This document shows positions 46,536-62,754 of a stretch of 64,000 nucleotides of DNA, piece by piece; positions within the stretch are counted from its first letter, which is position 1, and each line of letters begins with the position of its first letter. Made by a program: the position numbers and the translations under genes. The DNA lies in assembly GCF_009914755.1 (NCBI RefSeq), contig NC_060925.1; one strand, 5' to 3'. Source of the stretch: the human T2T-CHM13v2.0 reference genome, Homo sapiens. The notes beneath the pieces were generated by a model, which was not told the DNA's origin, searched no databases, and saw only the letters and a program-made list of their open reading frames with translations.

Positions 46536-46979
46536 GTGTGGTGCAATCTTGGTTCACTGCAACTTCCACCTCCTGAGTTCCAGCAATTCTCCAGTCTCAG
46601 CCTCTCGAGTAGCTGGGATTACAGGCATGTGCCACCATGCCTGGCCATCTTCGCTCTTGAGCACCTGTGTCATGGTAGGTCAAGGACCCCTGACAGTCAG
46701 GGTCCCAGGCAGGAGGGGGCACATCCCTTCTATTATCTTGGATTCTACCACCCCCTTAGAGGGAGACTACAGACCCCCGGACTCTTCCCAGAGACCCATT
46801 GCCGGCACTTCATTCTGTTGATCTCCTCTTGCACTTCTGCCTCCCCCAGCCTGGAAAGAGTTTTAAACATCTTGTCCCTGGCAAGGAAACCCTGGCTCAG
46901 CCAGTATTCTTACCTAATTTTTCTGCCTCGTGTCCAAAGTGCAGCTGTATTAAATGTATTAAATAAAAGGAAAAACTTG

Positions 46980-47466
<487 letters not shown>

Positions 47467-47538
47467 TCACTGCCCAAGGATCAGATGAGCTGATGGAGGA
47501 GGACCCTGAGCCAGAGTTAGTTCTTAGCTTAAACTCTA

Positions 47539-48566
<1,028 letters not shown>

Positions 48567-50727
48567 TCCCTCCGGAAGGCTGCGGCTTTCTTCTGGTGGC
48601 TTTACACTTCTGCTGTCCTTCAGCCACGTCCCTTTCGCGTCTCCAGGGACTCCTCCATTTGCCTTGAATTTCTCCTGTTAGCTCCACTCCAGGGTGGCCA
48701 CATGAGGGCAGCCGATTCCGCCCTGAGCCCTTGCGGGGGCCTCAAGCACAGGTGTTCACCAGGTCAGCCTTCAGCATCCAGTTCCTACCGAGTCCCTGGC
48801 TGGTGGTACTGGAGAAGCAAAGACGATAAACCAGGTCCTTGTTCTGTGGGAGGCTCAGGCCTCCTGTTCTCTCCCTCCCAGGGGCCAGGAGAGAGGCCCC
48901 AGCCAGAGCCTGAGCACATCATAGGGTTGACATGTTTGGTGAATGAACATTATCTCTGTGTTGTGCAGAGCTGAGCATAGAACTCCATCTTCTAGATCCT
49001 GAACTTTAACCTGGAAGGGTTAGGCCTTCTTGCCATTGCCTGCAGGGAGAGGTGAGCACCCTAGAACACTTACTGTTCGGGAGCACGTGGTTCTCATGCA
49101 GTAAAGTGAGAAGGGGAGAGGAGGCACCTTTTCTCTAGTCTTGGATTAAGGTGGAAGTAAAGGGCATATGTGAAGTTTTTCCCAAAACTAAGGCCTCATT
49201 TATTTTTTATTTTTTATCAGAACAAGTCATGGACATCTCTAGCAATGAAAGCAAAGCCCTGCAGTCATTTAACATAGACATACTCTCTACATCCTGTTAG
49301 CCAGCGGCTCCTACGACTTCTCCCAACAATCTTAAAGCAACCTGGCATGAAGGAGCTGGCTCAAATGCTGGTCAGTGGAAAGGGCATAAGCTCTGAAGTC
49401 ACAACACAAGGGTTCAAATCCGACCCTCCCGGCTCCTGGTCTGTGCTCTCTCCCCCTTACTGTAATGCCAACTTCACTTTGGTTTTTACCCCCGCAAATA
49501 TTCATCATTGTGTTGAGTCAACACAATGATACATAAAAAATCAGCAGTCTCTGATAAAGTGTGGCCTACTGGTTAAGAGGAGCAGGGCTTTGAAAGGATA
49601 GCCAAGGTAACACTCCTGGTTCCACCATGTGTTAGCTGTGTAACCTCGGGCAAGCTGCTTAACCTCTCTGAGTCTCAATTTTCTCAACTGTAGAAAGCAG
49701 ACATAATATTACAGGGTTGCTGAGAGAATAATATGACATTAGGTTTCTAAAGTGCTTAATTCAGTACCTGGCTCATAGTAAGTGCTCAATAAACACCAGT
49801 TATAAACATCACTGCATTTGAAATTCACAGCTTTTTCAAAGTTAGAGTCAGAAAGAATTTCAGAAGTCCTGTAATTCAATGTTTTCCAAAGTGTGTTCAA
49901 AACACTCACTTCCCTCAAGATGCTCCATGAAAAAGGGTTCTGTGGCCAAATATGATGGGTTGTATATTAAAGCCTCAGAGAAGCCACAGAGTAAAGAAAC
50001 CTGTTGAACTTTGATTACTCCAACCTTTATCAAATGGATTTGACTGTAGAACCCTCTTCACACATCACTTTTTAACTTCCAGGTTGCTGGTAGACAGAGC
50101 TCAGTCATTAACCATCATTAAGAATCATAACAAATACTGGATAACATTTATGGAGGGTTTGCTCTATGCCAGGCACTGTGATATGCACAAGGCATGTATT
50201 ATCTCACTTTATTCATAACAACACTAAGAAGTAGTGCTATCATCTTTTATGGATGAAAAAATAGGCTTAGAAGACTAAGTAACTTGGCCAAGGTCACATA
50301 CCAAGAAATCGTCAGCATGCAAACTCAGGTTGGCCTGGCTCTGGAATTCAGCCTTGCCACCTCCCTGTATGGTTTCCGCAGCCCACTGCATTACCCCTGA
50401 CTGTTGGACAGTCCTTCCTTGTATTGAGCTGAAATCCAATTCCAGTTCCAATCACACTGTTTCTCCAGGGTGCACATAAATATATGGTGAAATGTATTAT
50501 TTAGTTTCAATTCTAAATATCCTTTATTTGTCATTGTTTCTCGAATTGTATTTATTCTGTTCCCTTTTCTCTTGACTTGCTCAAGTACTTCAGCATTTCA
50601 TTTGGACTAAAAAACTCAACACAATTCTGTCTGCTTTCTTATAGTACGATATTTTCATTTTTAGGAAGTGACACATTATCAAAACCCATAAGAACTAAAT
50701 TTTTTTAAGAGGGGGAAAAAGACAAGG

Positions 50728-50995
50728 TCAGGAGGCTGAGGTGGGAGGATCGCTTGAGCCCAGGAGTTCGAGACCAGCCTGGGCAACAGAGTGAGACCCT
50801 GTCTCTACAAACACCACCACCACCAACAAAAAAAAAATTAGTTGGGCATGGTGGCACATGCCTGTGGCACATGCCTACTCAGGAGCCCGAGGTGGGAGAG
50901 TCACTTGAGCCCAAGAGGTCGAGGCTATTAGTGAGCCATGATCACACCACTGCACTCCAGCCTGGGCAACAGAGCAAGACCCCATCAAAAAAGAA
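50728..50995 (+). mobile_element. AluJ-like, 5' truncated
   Basis: Sense partial dimer. Confidence 0.87.
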
Positions 50996-51771
50996 AGTTT
51001 TAGATGTATACAATAACTAAGTTATTTTCCCTGCAGGAATTTTGATAACAAAGTTGTCTTTTATAGCTCTAGTAGTATTGCTGTAAAGCTATAAAAGTAC
51101 CTCTGGCTTTTGCCCAAGTGTAGTAGTGTCTGTCTCTCTCTCTGTCTCTCCATAGCAGCACATTGTTAACTGTTTCTTACCAGTAGCACTACTTTCATTA
51201 CTTTTATGACTCATTGTCTCCCTTATTTAGTAAACAAAGTATACAGCCACTAAAAGCAAGTAGCTGGGCTATTCACAGCAGCTTCTCCCCCATACACTGT
51301 GGTAGTTCCTAACTACAATCTGTTTGTGTCCAATAGCAGTTCCTAGTGATGCAAATAGTACTTTCCATTTAAACAATTTCATTATAGCCAATTCTAGTTC
51401 TGAAAATACCACTGGAAGAAAAACACTTGAGTTCTCAGTATGGTTTGACCAATATAGCTTGGAACTATCACTTTCCTTGTTCTGAACATTATACTTCACT
51501 AGTTCAGCTCGAGATCTCATTATTTTGGGTAACTGCATTACCCTATACCTGCTTGTGGAGTTTGTCTCCAACCAATTAATTTTCCCCTACAATTCTGCTA
51601 TACATCAGCAGTTGTATTTTGGAGCCCACGTGAAAGGAAACTATACTTACATCTGTTCCAGTTCATCTGTTTAGGTCTGGCTCGTTGTTCAGCCTGTGAC
51701 AATCATCTGGGAGTGGCGATCATTCTCCTTCAGCCCATGTCCTCTGTGAAACTGATAAACCTGCCCTAGAG

Positions 51772-51975
51772 CAGCACTTTCCAACAGAATGTTCTGTGAA
51801 CATGGAAATATACCAGATCTATGCTGTCCAATATGGTAGCCACTAGCCACATGCAGGTTTTGAGCACTTGAAATTAGGCTCATGCAACTGGGAACTTAAT
51901 TTTAAATTGTCTTTAATTTTAATTAATTTAAATAATCCCATATGGCTAATAGATATCATACTGGACAGTGTCGTA
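51772..51975. mobile_element. MER3-like hAT MITE
   Basis: gctgtccaatatggtagccactagccacatg...ttaattttaattaatttaaat...ctggacagtg internal inverted structure. Confidence 0.82.
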
Positions 51976-52479
51976 GCTCTAGATGTTTACCTGAAATGCA
52001 GGTAAAAATATTAAGTAGAACAGGGACCTGCTTCTGTCCCTGGAGTCCAAACTCTGGACTGGGGATGGCCATTCAAGGATTATCAACCACCTGTGTTTAT
52101 AATAACTCGGTGCACAATTTTATCCACCAGCGTATATGAGTATCAGTGAAGGACTTTGTCAAATGCCTTGTAAAAAGCAAGATGGCCTAGAAATATGTGG
52201 CTCTGCCCTGCTCTACCAGCCTCATGATTTTTTTTTTCCTAGAAAATAGGGTGTGTTTTTTTTTTCTATTTGTAGAAGTCATACATACCTACTGTGGCAA
52301 AATGCAGGAAAGTACCTAGAGGAAATTAACAATGACCAAAATTCTGCCATCTTGAGATAACTACTGTTAACATTTCAGCATTTTTCTTTCAGCTTTTTTT
52401 CTGTGTTGGTATTTTTCACATCACTGAAATCATACCTTCTCTGTTACCTCCTGTTTTTTTTAATTTAAAAAAATTAAAA

Positions 52480-53915
52480 AAAATTTAATCGACAAAAATA
52501 TATATGTTTATCATGTACAACATGCTGTTACACTGTGGAATGGCTAAATCAAGTTAATAAGCACACACATTACTTCACATATATATCATTTTTTTGTAGT
52601 AAGGACACTTAAAACCTACTCAGCAATTTTCAGTACAATAAATTGTTATTAACTGTAGTTACATAAACCAAAAATAAAATTCTAAGGCCCTGCAACCATC
52701 TGAAAGGATCCCTCCTCCTGGCTAGGGCATTCCAAAGTTAGCCTAAAAACTGGTTCAGGCCATGATGGGAAAGGAGGGTCGGACATGCCTCATTATACTC
52801 TTCTGCCTTTGGGATTTCAGGAAAAGCTGACGAGCATTTAACATCAACACAGGACCTTAAGTCCGCTAAGAAACATTTACAATCTCTTCTCTGTGAAGCT
52901 TGCAACCTGAAGGCTTCACCTGCATGATCAAACTTTGGTCTCCACAACCCCTTATCATAATCCAGACATTCCTTTCTATTCATAATAACTCTTTCAACCA
53001 ATTGCCAATCAAAAGTTTTAAATCTGCATAGAACCTAGAATTCCCCTCACTTCAAATTGTCCCACCTTTCTGGACTGAAGCAATGTATATCTTACATTTT
53101 TATGTCTCATGTCTCTAAAATGTATAAAGAAGGTTGTGCCCCGACCACCCTGGGGACATGTTCTGAGGGTCTCCTGAGGGCTGTGTCTTGGGTCACTGGT
53201 CACTCATATTTGGCTCAGGATAAATCTCTTCAAATATTTTACAGAGTCTGACTCTTTTTGTCCACAACACCCTGTGGTACAATAGATCTCTTGAACTCAT
53301 CCCGCTTATCTAACTGAAATCTTGTATCCTTTTACTAACACCTTTCCAACCCTTGCCTCCCAGTCCCTGGCACCCACCACTCTGCACTCCGCTTCTACGA
53401 ATTTAATGTGTTTTCTCGTTTGTTTGGTTTTTGTTTTTTTTCTGAGATGGCGTCTCACTCTTGTTGCCCAGGCTGGAGTGCAATGGTGCGATTTGGCTCA
53501 CTGTGGCCTCTGCCTCCCGGGTTCAAGCGATTCTCCTGCCTCAGCCTCCCATACCAGTTCAACTTTTTCAGATTCCACGTGTAAGTAAGATCATGCAGTG
53601 TCTGTCTTTCTGTGCCTGGCTTATTTCACTTAATATAATGCCTCCAGGTTCATCCATGTTGTTGGAAATGACAGGATTTCCTTCTTTTCTAAGGCTGAAT
53701 AGTATTCCATTGTGTGTATATACCACAGTTTCTTTATCCATTCATGCACTGATGAACACCTAAGTTGATTCCATTTTTGGCCATTGTGAATAATGCTGTA
53801 ATGAATGTGGGAGTGCCGATATCTCTTGGACATACTGATTTCATTTTCTTTGTATGTGTATATATTATAGTAGCGGAATTGCTGGATCATATGGTAGTCC
53901 TGTTTTTAATTTCTG
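52480..53915 (-). mobile_element. L1MA-like 3' end, interrupted by an LTR and a partial Alu (~53425-53550)
   Basis: Antisense L1 3'UTR/ORF2 end (..WIKKLWYIHTMEYYSALEKKEILSF.TTWMNLE). Confidence 0.82.
52662..53266 (+). mobile_element. Solo ERV1 LTR, MER4 family
   Basis: Start taaaccaaaaataaaattctaag...; end ataaatctcttcaaatattttacagagtctgactctttttgtccaca. Confidence 0.82.
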
Positions 53916-56900
53916 CTTTTTATATTTTCTTTATATTTTAAAAATTTTAAGAATTTTTATAAGTATTTCTTACATTATTAAATACTCTTTGAAAACAATC
54001 TTGAAGGCTGTATCAATGGTTAATAATTTGCATAGCAATTCCCCTGTTGCTGTACTTTCAGCTTGTATCTAAGTTTTTGCTATTACAAATAAAACTGTGC
54101 TGAATATCTTCTTGTACAAAATAACTTCCTGAAGGTGTATTATTAAAACTAAGAATATGAACATTGTTGAGGCTAACTCTTCTGAAAGAGGAAATAAGGT
54201 TATCCTGGACCACATGCTGGCTCTTAGTGGCCAATTCTTTCCCTTCTGAATATTCAAGGCCACCCATTTCATCCTCTCTTTTAGCCACTCATCCCATATT
54301 AATGTCAAGCTCACCTTAATATACTTTTTAGATTCTAATTTCTTAGCCTTTTTGAAAATCAGGAAGACATTGCCTGCCTCGTCAGTCTTCCAGCAATATT
54401 TCTGTTCATGAAGGTTTCTTAAAAATGAAGTCTCCTGATCTGTGAGCTCCCTCAGTAGCCTTGAATATGACATTTACAGGTCAGAAGACCTGAGTTGTTC
54501 TGAGGCAGCAGGGTGCTTTCTTACTGCCTCCTCCTGTGCTTGGAGCTTCAATTTCTCTTTCCAATAGTGCTCTTCAACTTTCCACCCTGACCGTAATTCT
54601 CTTTAATAAGGGAAACCACAGGAGTGTGTGGCAGAGAATATCAGCGCTGGGCAAAACTCATGCTCTCCTCTACTTCCCAGGCACACAGCTGGGGGACATC
54701 TCCCAGACTCCCCTGCAGCCAGCTGTGGCTATGTCATTGAGGGCCAGCCAGTGAAGCGTGGGCAGAAGTGATGTGTGCCTCTGCCGGCCTGGCCATTAAG
54801 ACCCCCGCATGGAGTGGAGACGACACCCAGGGCGACCTTGGAAGTGGCATGATGAAGAGACCAGAGCTTTTGTGGAGCAGTAGTGCGGAGGAGGAGCACC
54901 TGCTGAACCACTCACTCCCCGACAGTTGTGTTGGATTGTGGACCTGTTTTCTCTTTGCCCACTCTGGGCTCATTTGCAATTATAACCTCGTTGCTTCTGC
55001 TTGAGCTATCTTTCCTTTGTCTTGGATCATGGGATCAAGCATGCGTAATTTTTCTCCAAATACCTTGGGATTCTTCTTCCTAACTCTTGGTACAGAGTCC
55101 AGCTGTCCCAGGCTCCTGGATGACAGGGAGCTTTCTCTCACTCTCATCTGACCAACAGGTTCCCCTAGTGGTACATAATTAGATCCAAAATGGTGCTTCT
55201 CTTTATCATTTTCTCTGCTTTCTGAGAAATGGAATTGTCATTTTGGCAAGAATTTGGCAGAAATTGTATTTCAGATTTTAATACAATTGAGAAAAAACCA
55301 TTCATAACCACAGTTGTCTGGTACGTAATGAAGGTAGATCTTGCCGAATGGAACATCCTTCTCTGCAACTTGGTAGGTTTGAATGGCTGAGTTTGGCAGA
55401 AGGAATGGTAGAGAAATAGATGACTCTACAGAATAAATGGGGAAGGATTTGGAGTTCTGGAAGCAATATAAAAGGGAAGGGGTAAAGAGGAGAGATGGGA
55501 AGATGAGGAGCCAGCTGGATCACTCTGTAAGGGGAGCTAGCCTAAAATCCTAATGGGACCGGATGGCTCAAGAGCTTTTGAGAACACTGGTGTCCAATAT
55601 TTCATTTGAAGTTGTTGAGTAGATCTCCTCCACTCCCCTGAGGGGTTGGTGCCAGGCTGGACAGGGACAGCACACAGATGGTGAGACAGCCCACAAGCTG
55701 AATTCTCCACTTGCAGAGGCTGAGAACCAGCGATGACTGTAAATGTGAGTCTCTGCCCGCCTTCTGCCCTGGCCTCCCTCCTGAGAACTGGCCAGACTTT
55801 TGAGGAGGAATTTAGACTTCCAAAGGGTGGAGAATAGAAGTTTGATCCAGTCTTATCTAGGGAAGCTCCCGCTGACATCCAAATTACATAATAAACACGG
55901 CCAGTAAAATACTACTGCTACTACTATCATAAAATAAAATAAGGAATTAAGTAGATAGGTCAGGAATTTGGCCCCTTAAAACACTGAGGCCAGAGAGATT
56001 ACACAGTGTGCCTCAGGGATGTTTTGCTCTGTTCTCAGGTTATCTGGCTCCTATTCCTTGTGTCCTCAGTCCTTGCCTGGGAAGAGAGTGCAGTGAGCAG
56101 GGTAGCTCCTCACCCCCTCTCCTCAGGTACCAGGTGCTCCTGGGCCCTCAAGGGCTCAGCTCTTCCCTCCGCAGCTCCTGCAGGGGCTGTTGGGTTTATC
56201 AGTGACTGGTTCTGTCAAAGAGCTGAGCTCAGGGGAACATTTTGGGGGAGTGAGGTTCCTACCACCTTGGAGATAGCTTTTTCCAAACAAGGGGAAGCAT
56301 TTGAGAAATATGTTCATTAGTAAGTTCGTCAGTGGTCATAAAGATATTTTGTCTGATGGCAGAAGGCCTGAATCTTTGTTCCCATAAAAGACTTACTCCT
56401 CTAACCAGAAGAATAAACGAAAGGTGGTGAGACACTGGGGACATCTGGGCAGCCATGGAGAAAGAGTTTGTGGATCTGACCCACTGTTCTCCTCTTGTCC
56501 AGATAAGGACGTGTGTTTGTGTGTTGACTGGTGAGGACAGGAGGAGGTTTCCTGAGTGCAGAGTGCCAAAGCACAAAGCCTGAGATAAAAAGGCATAAAT
56601 AGACCTAGAGCCTGACCCAGAGCCAGGCCCAGTGTCCTTGGGCTGGTAGGACTTGCAGGCCAGGTCCCAGATGGGGAGGGGGTACTGGGGCTGAGCAGCT
56701 GCTATGGAAATTTCCATGGGCTGTACACCAGCTCTTGGTAAGCTCTTGCACTCAGCATGGCATGGGGAGGACATGGGTTATGAAAGAGGCACAAGACTTA
56801 GTCCAAGCTTATAAGGAGCTAGGCCTCTAGAGAAAAAACTCAGGCTTGCCAAAGCAGCAAGTAAACAAACAGGTTGGAAAATTTTGAAACAAAGTTGTAA

Positions 56901-57808
56901 ATAAGGTCAAGGCATGGAACCAGTCAAGAAAAGTCAATATCGTATTCCAGTTATTAGAACCTCATTTCACCTTCTAAGGACAATGTTGAAAATACAAACT
57001 TCACATTAAGATAAAAATGGGTTTTATTACTTTAAATACTAATAAAGAGGTGACAATATATTAGTTTTTTAAAGAAAAAACTTTTTATAATTAATTGCCA
57101 CTTGCCAGAGTTTGAGATTTTCTTAAGAATTCAGGTTAAACTTACAAAATCATTTTTAATACAGAAATCAATGAAAAATGATCCAAAGACATTAGTTTCA
57201 TGCATTGGTAATCGTTACCAAAAGCCTTACAGTGTGCAATTTTGTAAAGTCAATGTTGCAACTATCCCAGGAATTGGAGGTCTGTGTTTTTCCCCTCTCT
57301 AGTAAGATTCAGGTCGTGTGTGTGTGTGTGTACAAGTGTGTTCACACGTGTGCATGTGCAATGTATGAACCCACAATGCTGACCATAATGCTGGACTCCC
57401 AATGCACTGGTTAGGATGCCTTTGCTTGTATTTAAAGAAGCCATGAAGAGGACATATTAGTTCACATGGCTGAAAAGTTAAGTGTTAGGGCAGCCTTCTA
57501 ATAAGCTTTAATCAGGGCTCCAGTTCCATTTCTAATTCTGTCTGCCTTGCCCTTTTGTGGCCAGATTCCTTTTCGGGCTGGCTTATTCACAGTTGCAAGA
57601 TGTCTGTGAACAGCAACTCAGCCAACAACAACTCGTCTAAGGAGAGAGGAGCTATTGTTTCCTACAGCCGTTGCATAGAAGTCCTGAGCTTCCTTCTGAT
57701 TGGACCACCCCAGGACCAGTCATTGAGGGCGTGCCATGTGCTGACTGGCTGAGATTCAAAAACCTATCATCTTGTCAAGTGGATTGGGATTGACTTATAT
57801 CGGGGGCA

Positions 57809-58978
57809 TGATATGGTTTGGTTGTGTCCCCACCCAAATCTCATCTTGAGTTGTAGCTCCCATCCCACGTGTCATGGGAGGGAACTGGTGGGAGGTAATT
57901 GAATCATGGAGAGGGTCTTTTCCATGCTGTTCTTGTGACAGTGAATAAGTCTCATGAGAGCTGATGGTTTTATAAACGGGAGTTCCTCTGCACAAACTCT
58001 CTTGCCTGCCACTGTGTAAGACATGACTTTGCTCCTCATTCTCCTTCTGCCATGATTGTGAGGCCTCCCACGCCGTGTGGAGCTGTGAATCAATTAAACC
58101 TCTTTCCTTTATAAATTACCCAGTCTCGGGTATGTCTTTAGTAGCAGCATGAGAACAGACTAATATAGTAAATTGGTACCAGTAGTGGGGTGCTGCTGTA
58201 AAGATACCCAAAAATGTGGAAGCGACTTTGGAACTGAGTAACAGGCAGAGGTTGGAACAGTTTGGAGGGCTTGGAACTTCCTAGAGACTTGTTGAATAGC
58301 TTTGACCAAAATGCTGATAGTGATATGGACAAGTAACATCTAGGCTGAGGTGGTCTCAGATGGAAATGAGGAACGTGTTGGGAACTGGAGTAAAGGTCAC
58401 TGTTGCTATGCAAAGTGGCTGGTGGCATTTTGTCCCTGCCATAGAGATATGTGGAACTTTGAACTTGAGAGAAATGATCTGGGGTATATCTGGCAGAAAA
58501 AATTTCTAAGTGGCAAAGTGATCGAGAGGAAGCAGAGCATAAAAGTTCGGAAAATTTGCAGCCTGGTGATTCCATAGAAAAGAAAAACCCATTTTCTGGG
58601 GAGAAATTCAAGCCAGCTGCAGAAATTTGCACAAGTAACAAGGAGCCCAATGTTAATCACTAAGACCCCACCCAAATCTCTTCTTGAATTGTAGCTCCCA
58701 TAATTCTCACATGTCATGGGAGGAACCTGGTGGGAGGTAACTGAATCATGGGGGCGGGTCTTTCCCGTACTGTTCACCTCTTGAGATCTGATAGTTTTAT
58801 AAAGGGGAGTTCTGCACAAGCTCTTTTGCCTGCCCTCATGTAAGACATGACTGCTTCTCATTGGCCTTCCACCATAATTGTGAGGCCTTTGCAGCCATGT
58901 GGAACTGTGAGTGCATTAAAACTCTTTCCTTTATAAATTACCCAGTCTCGGTTAGCAGCGTGAGAACAAACTAATAGA
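57809..58978 (+). mobile_element. THE1 (MaLR) provirus: LTR 57809-58167, internal 58168-~58665, 5'-clipped LTR ~58666-58978
   Basis: TGATATGGTTTGG start; gtaaattggtacc internal start; second LTR; 5-bp TSD GGGCA at 57804-57808 and 58979-58983. Confidence 0.92.
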
Positions 58979-59994
58979 GGGCACCACCCCTAGAGCTGGG
59001 TGAGACCAATGCCACTCAAATTGATGGTGACTACACAATGGGGAGGAGAATGGGTGATAAACATTCCCAATGTCTACCACACCTTGGTAGCCATTTAAAC
59101 TTTTTTTTTATTTAAAGCGTACTGTCTAGGTTTAAGGTACTGTAAGAGATATAAAGATACACAGTTGACAATCTATTAGATATAAAAAGACAAGCTGACA
59201 AATAACTACAATACACTATTATTAGGTGTAATGTAAAAATGACACATGTAAATGCTAAAACGAAGTACAGTAAATGTAAAGGAGAGAGACAGATTGTTTC
59301 TGAGGTGATCAGAGAGGTGTCGCATAGCAAATAACACTGGAATTAGGTCTTAAAGAGTGAGTGGGATTTTAATTATTATATGGGAGGCAGGGGAGCTTTA
59401 AGAGTAAAGCCCCAGAGGCAGAAAGCCAAGGGAAGAGTTGGAGAAATGGCCCAGGTAAGTTGGAGCACAAGTTCTAGAAGTTGCTGCTAAGGCAAGAAAT
59501 GTTTCCCCAATACAAAGATATCTCAGAGTTCAGATAACACCTGAGGAACTAGGATAATAAAGTCAGGGTGCAAGGTGAATATGTCTTTATTTTCTCCCAT
59601 AAAGAAACCTGGCTTAAGCCTCCATTTACCTGATTAGTGGGAAATTCAGTATCTCCTTCGTGGGGCTCCCCCAACTCCTTGTGTTCAACCCAACGCTTTA
59701 CACAGTCCAAAGAGGGAGCAGGGCCAGTCTGACTTTCACATGCAGGCAGAGGCCACTGGTCTCTTGTCAGTCTGGTGGACAACACGCATCCCCAGGTCTC
59801 TGTGGCTTCTCAGGGAGGACAGTATCACTCATGTCACTTTGAACTTGGTCGTGAGTGTTCCTTTTCAGGATCCAGGGCCATTATCTCAGAGCTCTGCCCT
59901 TCAGTTAAATTCAGTTTCCCCATTTGCCAAGTCACTCGCTGTCCCAAGGACTTTGGATAAGAAGTAGCTTGGGATATCCATGTGGATGCAGAAT

Positions 59995-60288
59995 TCTTTC
60001 ATTTATTTATTTATTTAGAGACAGTGTCTCACTCTGATGGAGTGCAGTGGTATGATCCCAGCTCACTGTAACCTCTGCCTCCTGGGTTCAAGTGATTCTC
60101 CTGCCTCAGCCTCCTAAGTAACTGGGACTATAGGTGCCCGCCAGCATACCCAGCTGATTTTTATATTTGTAGTAGAGATGGGCTGGCTCATCTGGCCAGG
60201 CTGGTCTCAAACTCCTGACCTCAGGTGATCCTCCCACCTCAGCCTGCCAAAGTGCTGAGATTACAAGTGTGAGCCACTGCGCCTGGGC
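59995..60288 (-). mobile_element. Alu
   Basis: Antisense dimer with small deletions. Confidence 0.9.
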
Positions 60289-60740
60289 CTGGATGCAGAA
60301 TTCCTATCCTCTGTTCCTCCCTGGGATCCACCGCACCCCAGAAAGTGGGAGATTTTCCTTGCTGGCTGTCCCCCAACCCCCCTATGGGCTTCCCCCTTGT
60401 GCACCCTTTCCTGGCCACACATACCCCCCTGGGGTTCGTGGGGTGGAGGCACCTCTCTGAAATGCTTGGCATCTTTCTCTGGTGCAAGGAAAGAAAATAA
60501 AACCCAAAGTTCAGACACCACTGGGACATTCTATTCTACTTGGATTTATAGGTCCACGCCTCTTAGTCTCTTCCAGGATTGCTTATTTCACCCAAGGGAG
60601 CCAGGCCCTCCTGTGCTCTTTTATTAAAATTTCATATTAACATTTAACCTTCTTGGTCACTGGCAAAATCTGTGTCCTTAGTCTGTCCTCACCTTGAAGT
60701 TGAAATTCTTTTATTTGCAGCCACTTAGACCCTGCCTTGA

Positions 60741-61094
<354 letters not shown>

Positions 61095-61403
61095 AGTGAC
61101 TCTCTTTTCTAAACTCCCCTTCACAATTTTGCTCTCTTCACCCTGCTTCTGTATACTCACAAGGAAGTGGGTAACAGATTGTCGGAATTAGGCTCGGCTC
61201 ATGGTTTGCAGCTTCTCGCCTGTTTGCTGCTTCTCTAGTTTAAAAACTTGGGGTTCCAAATGTGGAAATTACTCCAAAACTTAGGTGAATTAGAAACAAG
61301 TATCCAGTGACTGTCTGAGGGAGAACAAAGTAAAATACATATTCAGCAACTAGGCAAGTAGGATGGCTTCCCCAATACAGTAGAGCATTTAAGAACTGGA
61401 GAA

Positions 61404-62754
61404 TGGGGTGCTGAGAAGAATGTATATTCTGTTGATTTGGGGTGGAGAGTTCTGTAGATGTCTATTAAGTCCGCTTGGTGCAGAGCTGAATTCAATTCCT
61501 GGGTATCCTTGTTAACTTTCTGTTTCGTTGATCTGTCTAATGTTGACAGTGGGGTGTTAAAGTCTCCCATTATTATTGTGTGGGAGTCTAAGTCTCTTTG
61601 TAGGTCTGTAAAGGACTTGCTTTATGAATCTGGGTGCTCCTGTATTCGGTGCATATATATTTAGGATAGTTAGCTCTTCTTGTTGAATTGATCCCTTTAC
61701 CATTATGTAATGGCCTTCTTTGTCTCTTTTGATCTTTGTTGGTTTAAAGTCTGTTTTTATCAGAGACTAGGATTGCAACCCCTGCCTTTTTTTGTTTTCC
61801 ATTTGCTTGGTAGATCTTCCTCCATCCCTTTATTTTGAGCCTATGTGCATCTCTGCATGTGAGATGGGTCTCCTGAATACAGCACATTGATGGATCTTGA
61901 CTATCCAATTTGCCAGTCTGTGTCTTTTAATTGGAGCATTTAGCCCATTTACATTTAAGGTTAATATTGTTATGTGTGAATTTGATCCTGTCATTATGAT
62001 GTTAGCTGGTTATTTTGCTCGTTAGTTGATGCAATTTCTTCCCAGCATCGATGGTCTTTACAATTTGGCATGTTTTTGCAGTGGCTGGTACCAGTTGTTC
62101 CTTTGCATGTTTAGTGCTTCCTTCAGGAGCTCTTGTAAGGCAGGCCTGGTGGTGACAAAATCTCTCAGCATTTGCTTGTCTGTAAAGGATTTTATTTCTC
62201 CTTCACTTATGAAGCTTAGTTTGGCTGGATATGAAATTCTGGGTTGAAAATTCTTTTCTTTAAGAATGTTGAATATTGGCCCCCACTCTCTTCTGGCTTA
62301 TAGAGTTTCTGCTGAGAGATCAGCTGTTAGTCTGATGGGCTTCCCTTTGTGGGTAACCTGACTTTTCTCTCTGGCTGCCCTTAACATTTTTTCCTTCATT
62401 TCAACTTTAGTGAATCTGACAATTATGTGTCTTGGAGTTGCTCTTCTCGAGGAGTATCTTTGTGGCGTTCTCTGTATTTCCTGAATTTAAATGTTGGCCT
62501 GCCTTGCTAGGTTGGGGAAGTTCTCCTGGATATATCCTGCAGAGTGTTTTCCAACTTGGTTCCATTCTCCCCGTCACTTTCAGGTACACCAATCAGACGT
62601 AGATTTGGTCTTTTCACATAGTCCCATATTTTTTGGAGGCTTTGTTGGCTTCTTTTTACTCTTTTTTCTCTATACTTCTCTTCTGGCTTCATTTAATTCA
62701 TTTGATCTTCAATCACTGATACCCTTTCTTCCAGTTGATCGAATCGGGCTACTG
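61404..62754 (-). mobile_element. L1PA inverted 5' segment (ORF1 3' two-thirds to ORF2 endonuclease)
   Basis: Minus-strand peptides RFDQLEERVSVIEDQMN and SLQKIWDYVKRPNLRLIGVPE (ORF1); GDFNTPLSTLDRS...LIDIYRTLHPKSTEYTFFSAPH (ORF2 EN). Confidence 0.95.

Noticed and set aside
51269-51571. 100-aa minus-strand ORF in AT-rich non-Alu sequence
   Set aside because: No recognisable homology or processed-pseudogene hallmarks; a BLAST/Dfam search would be needed
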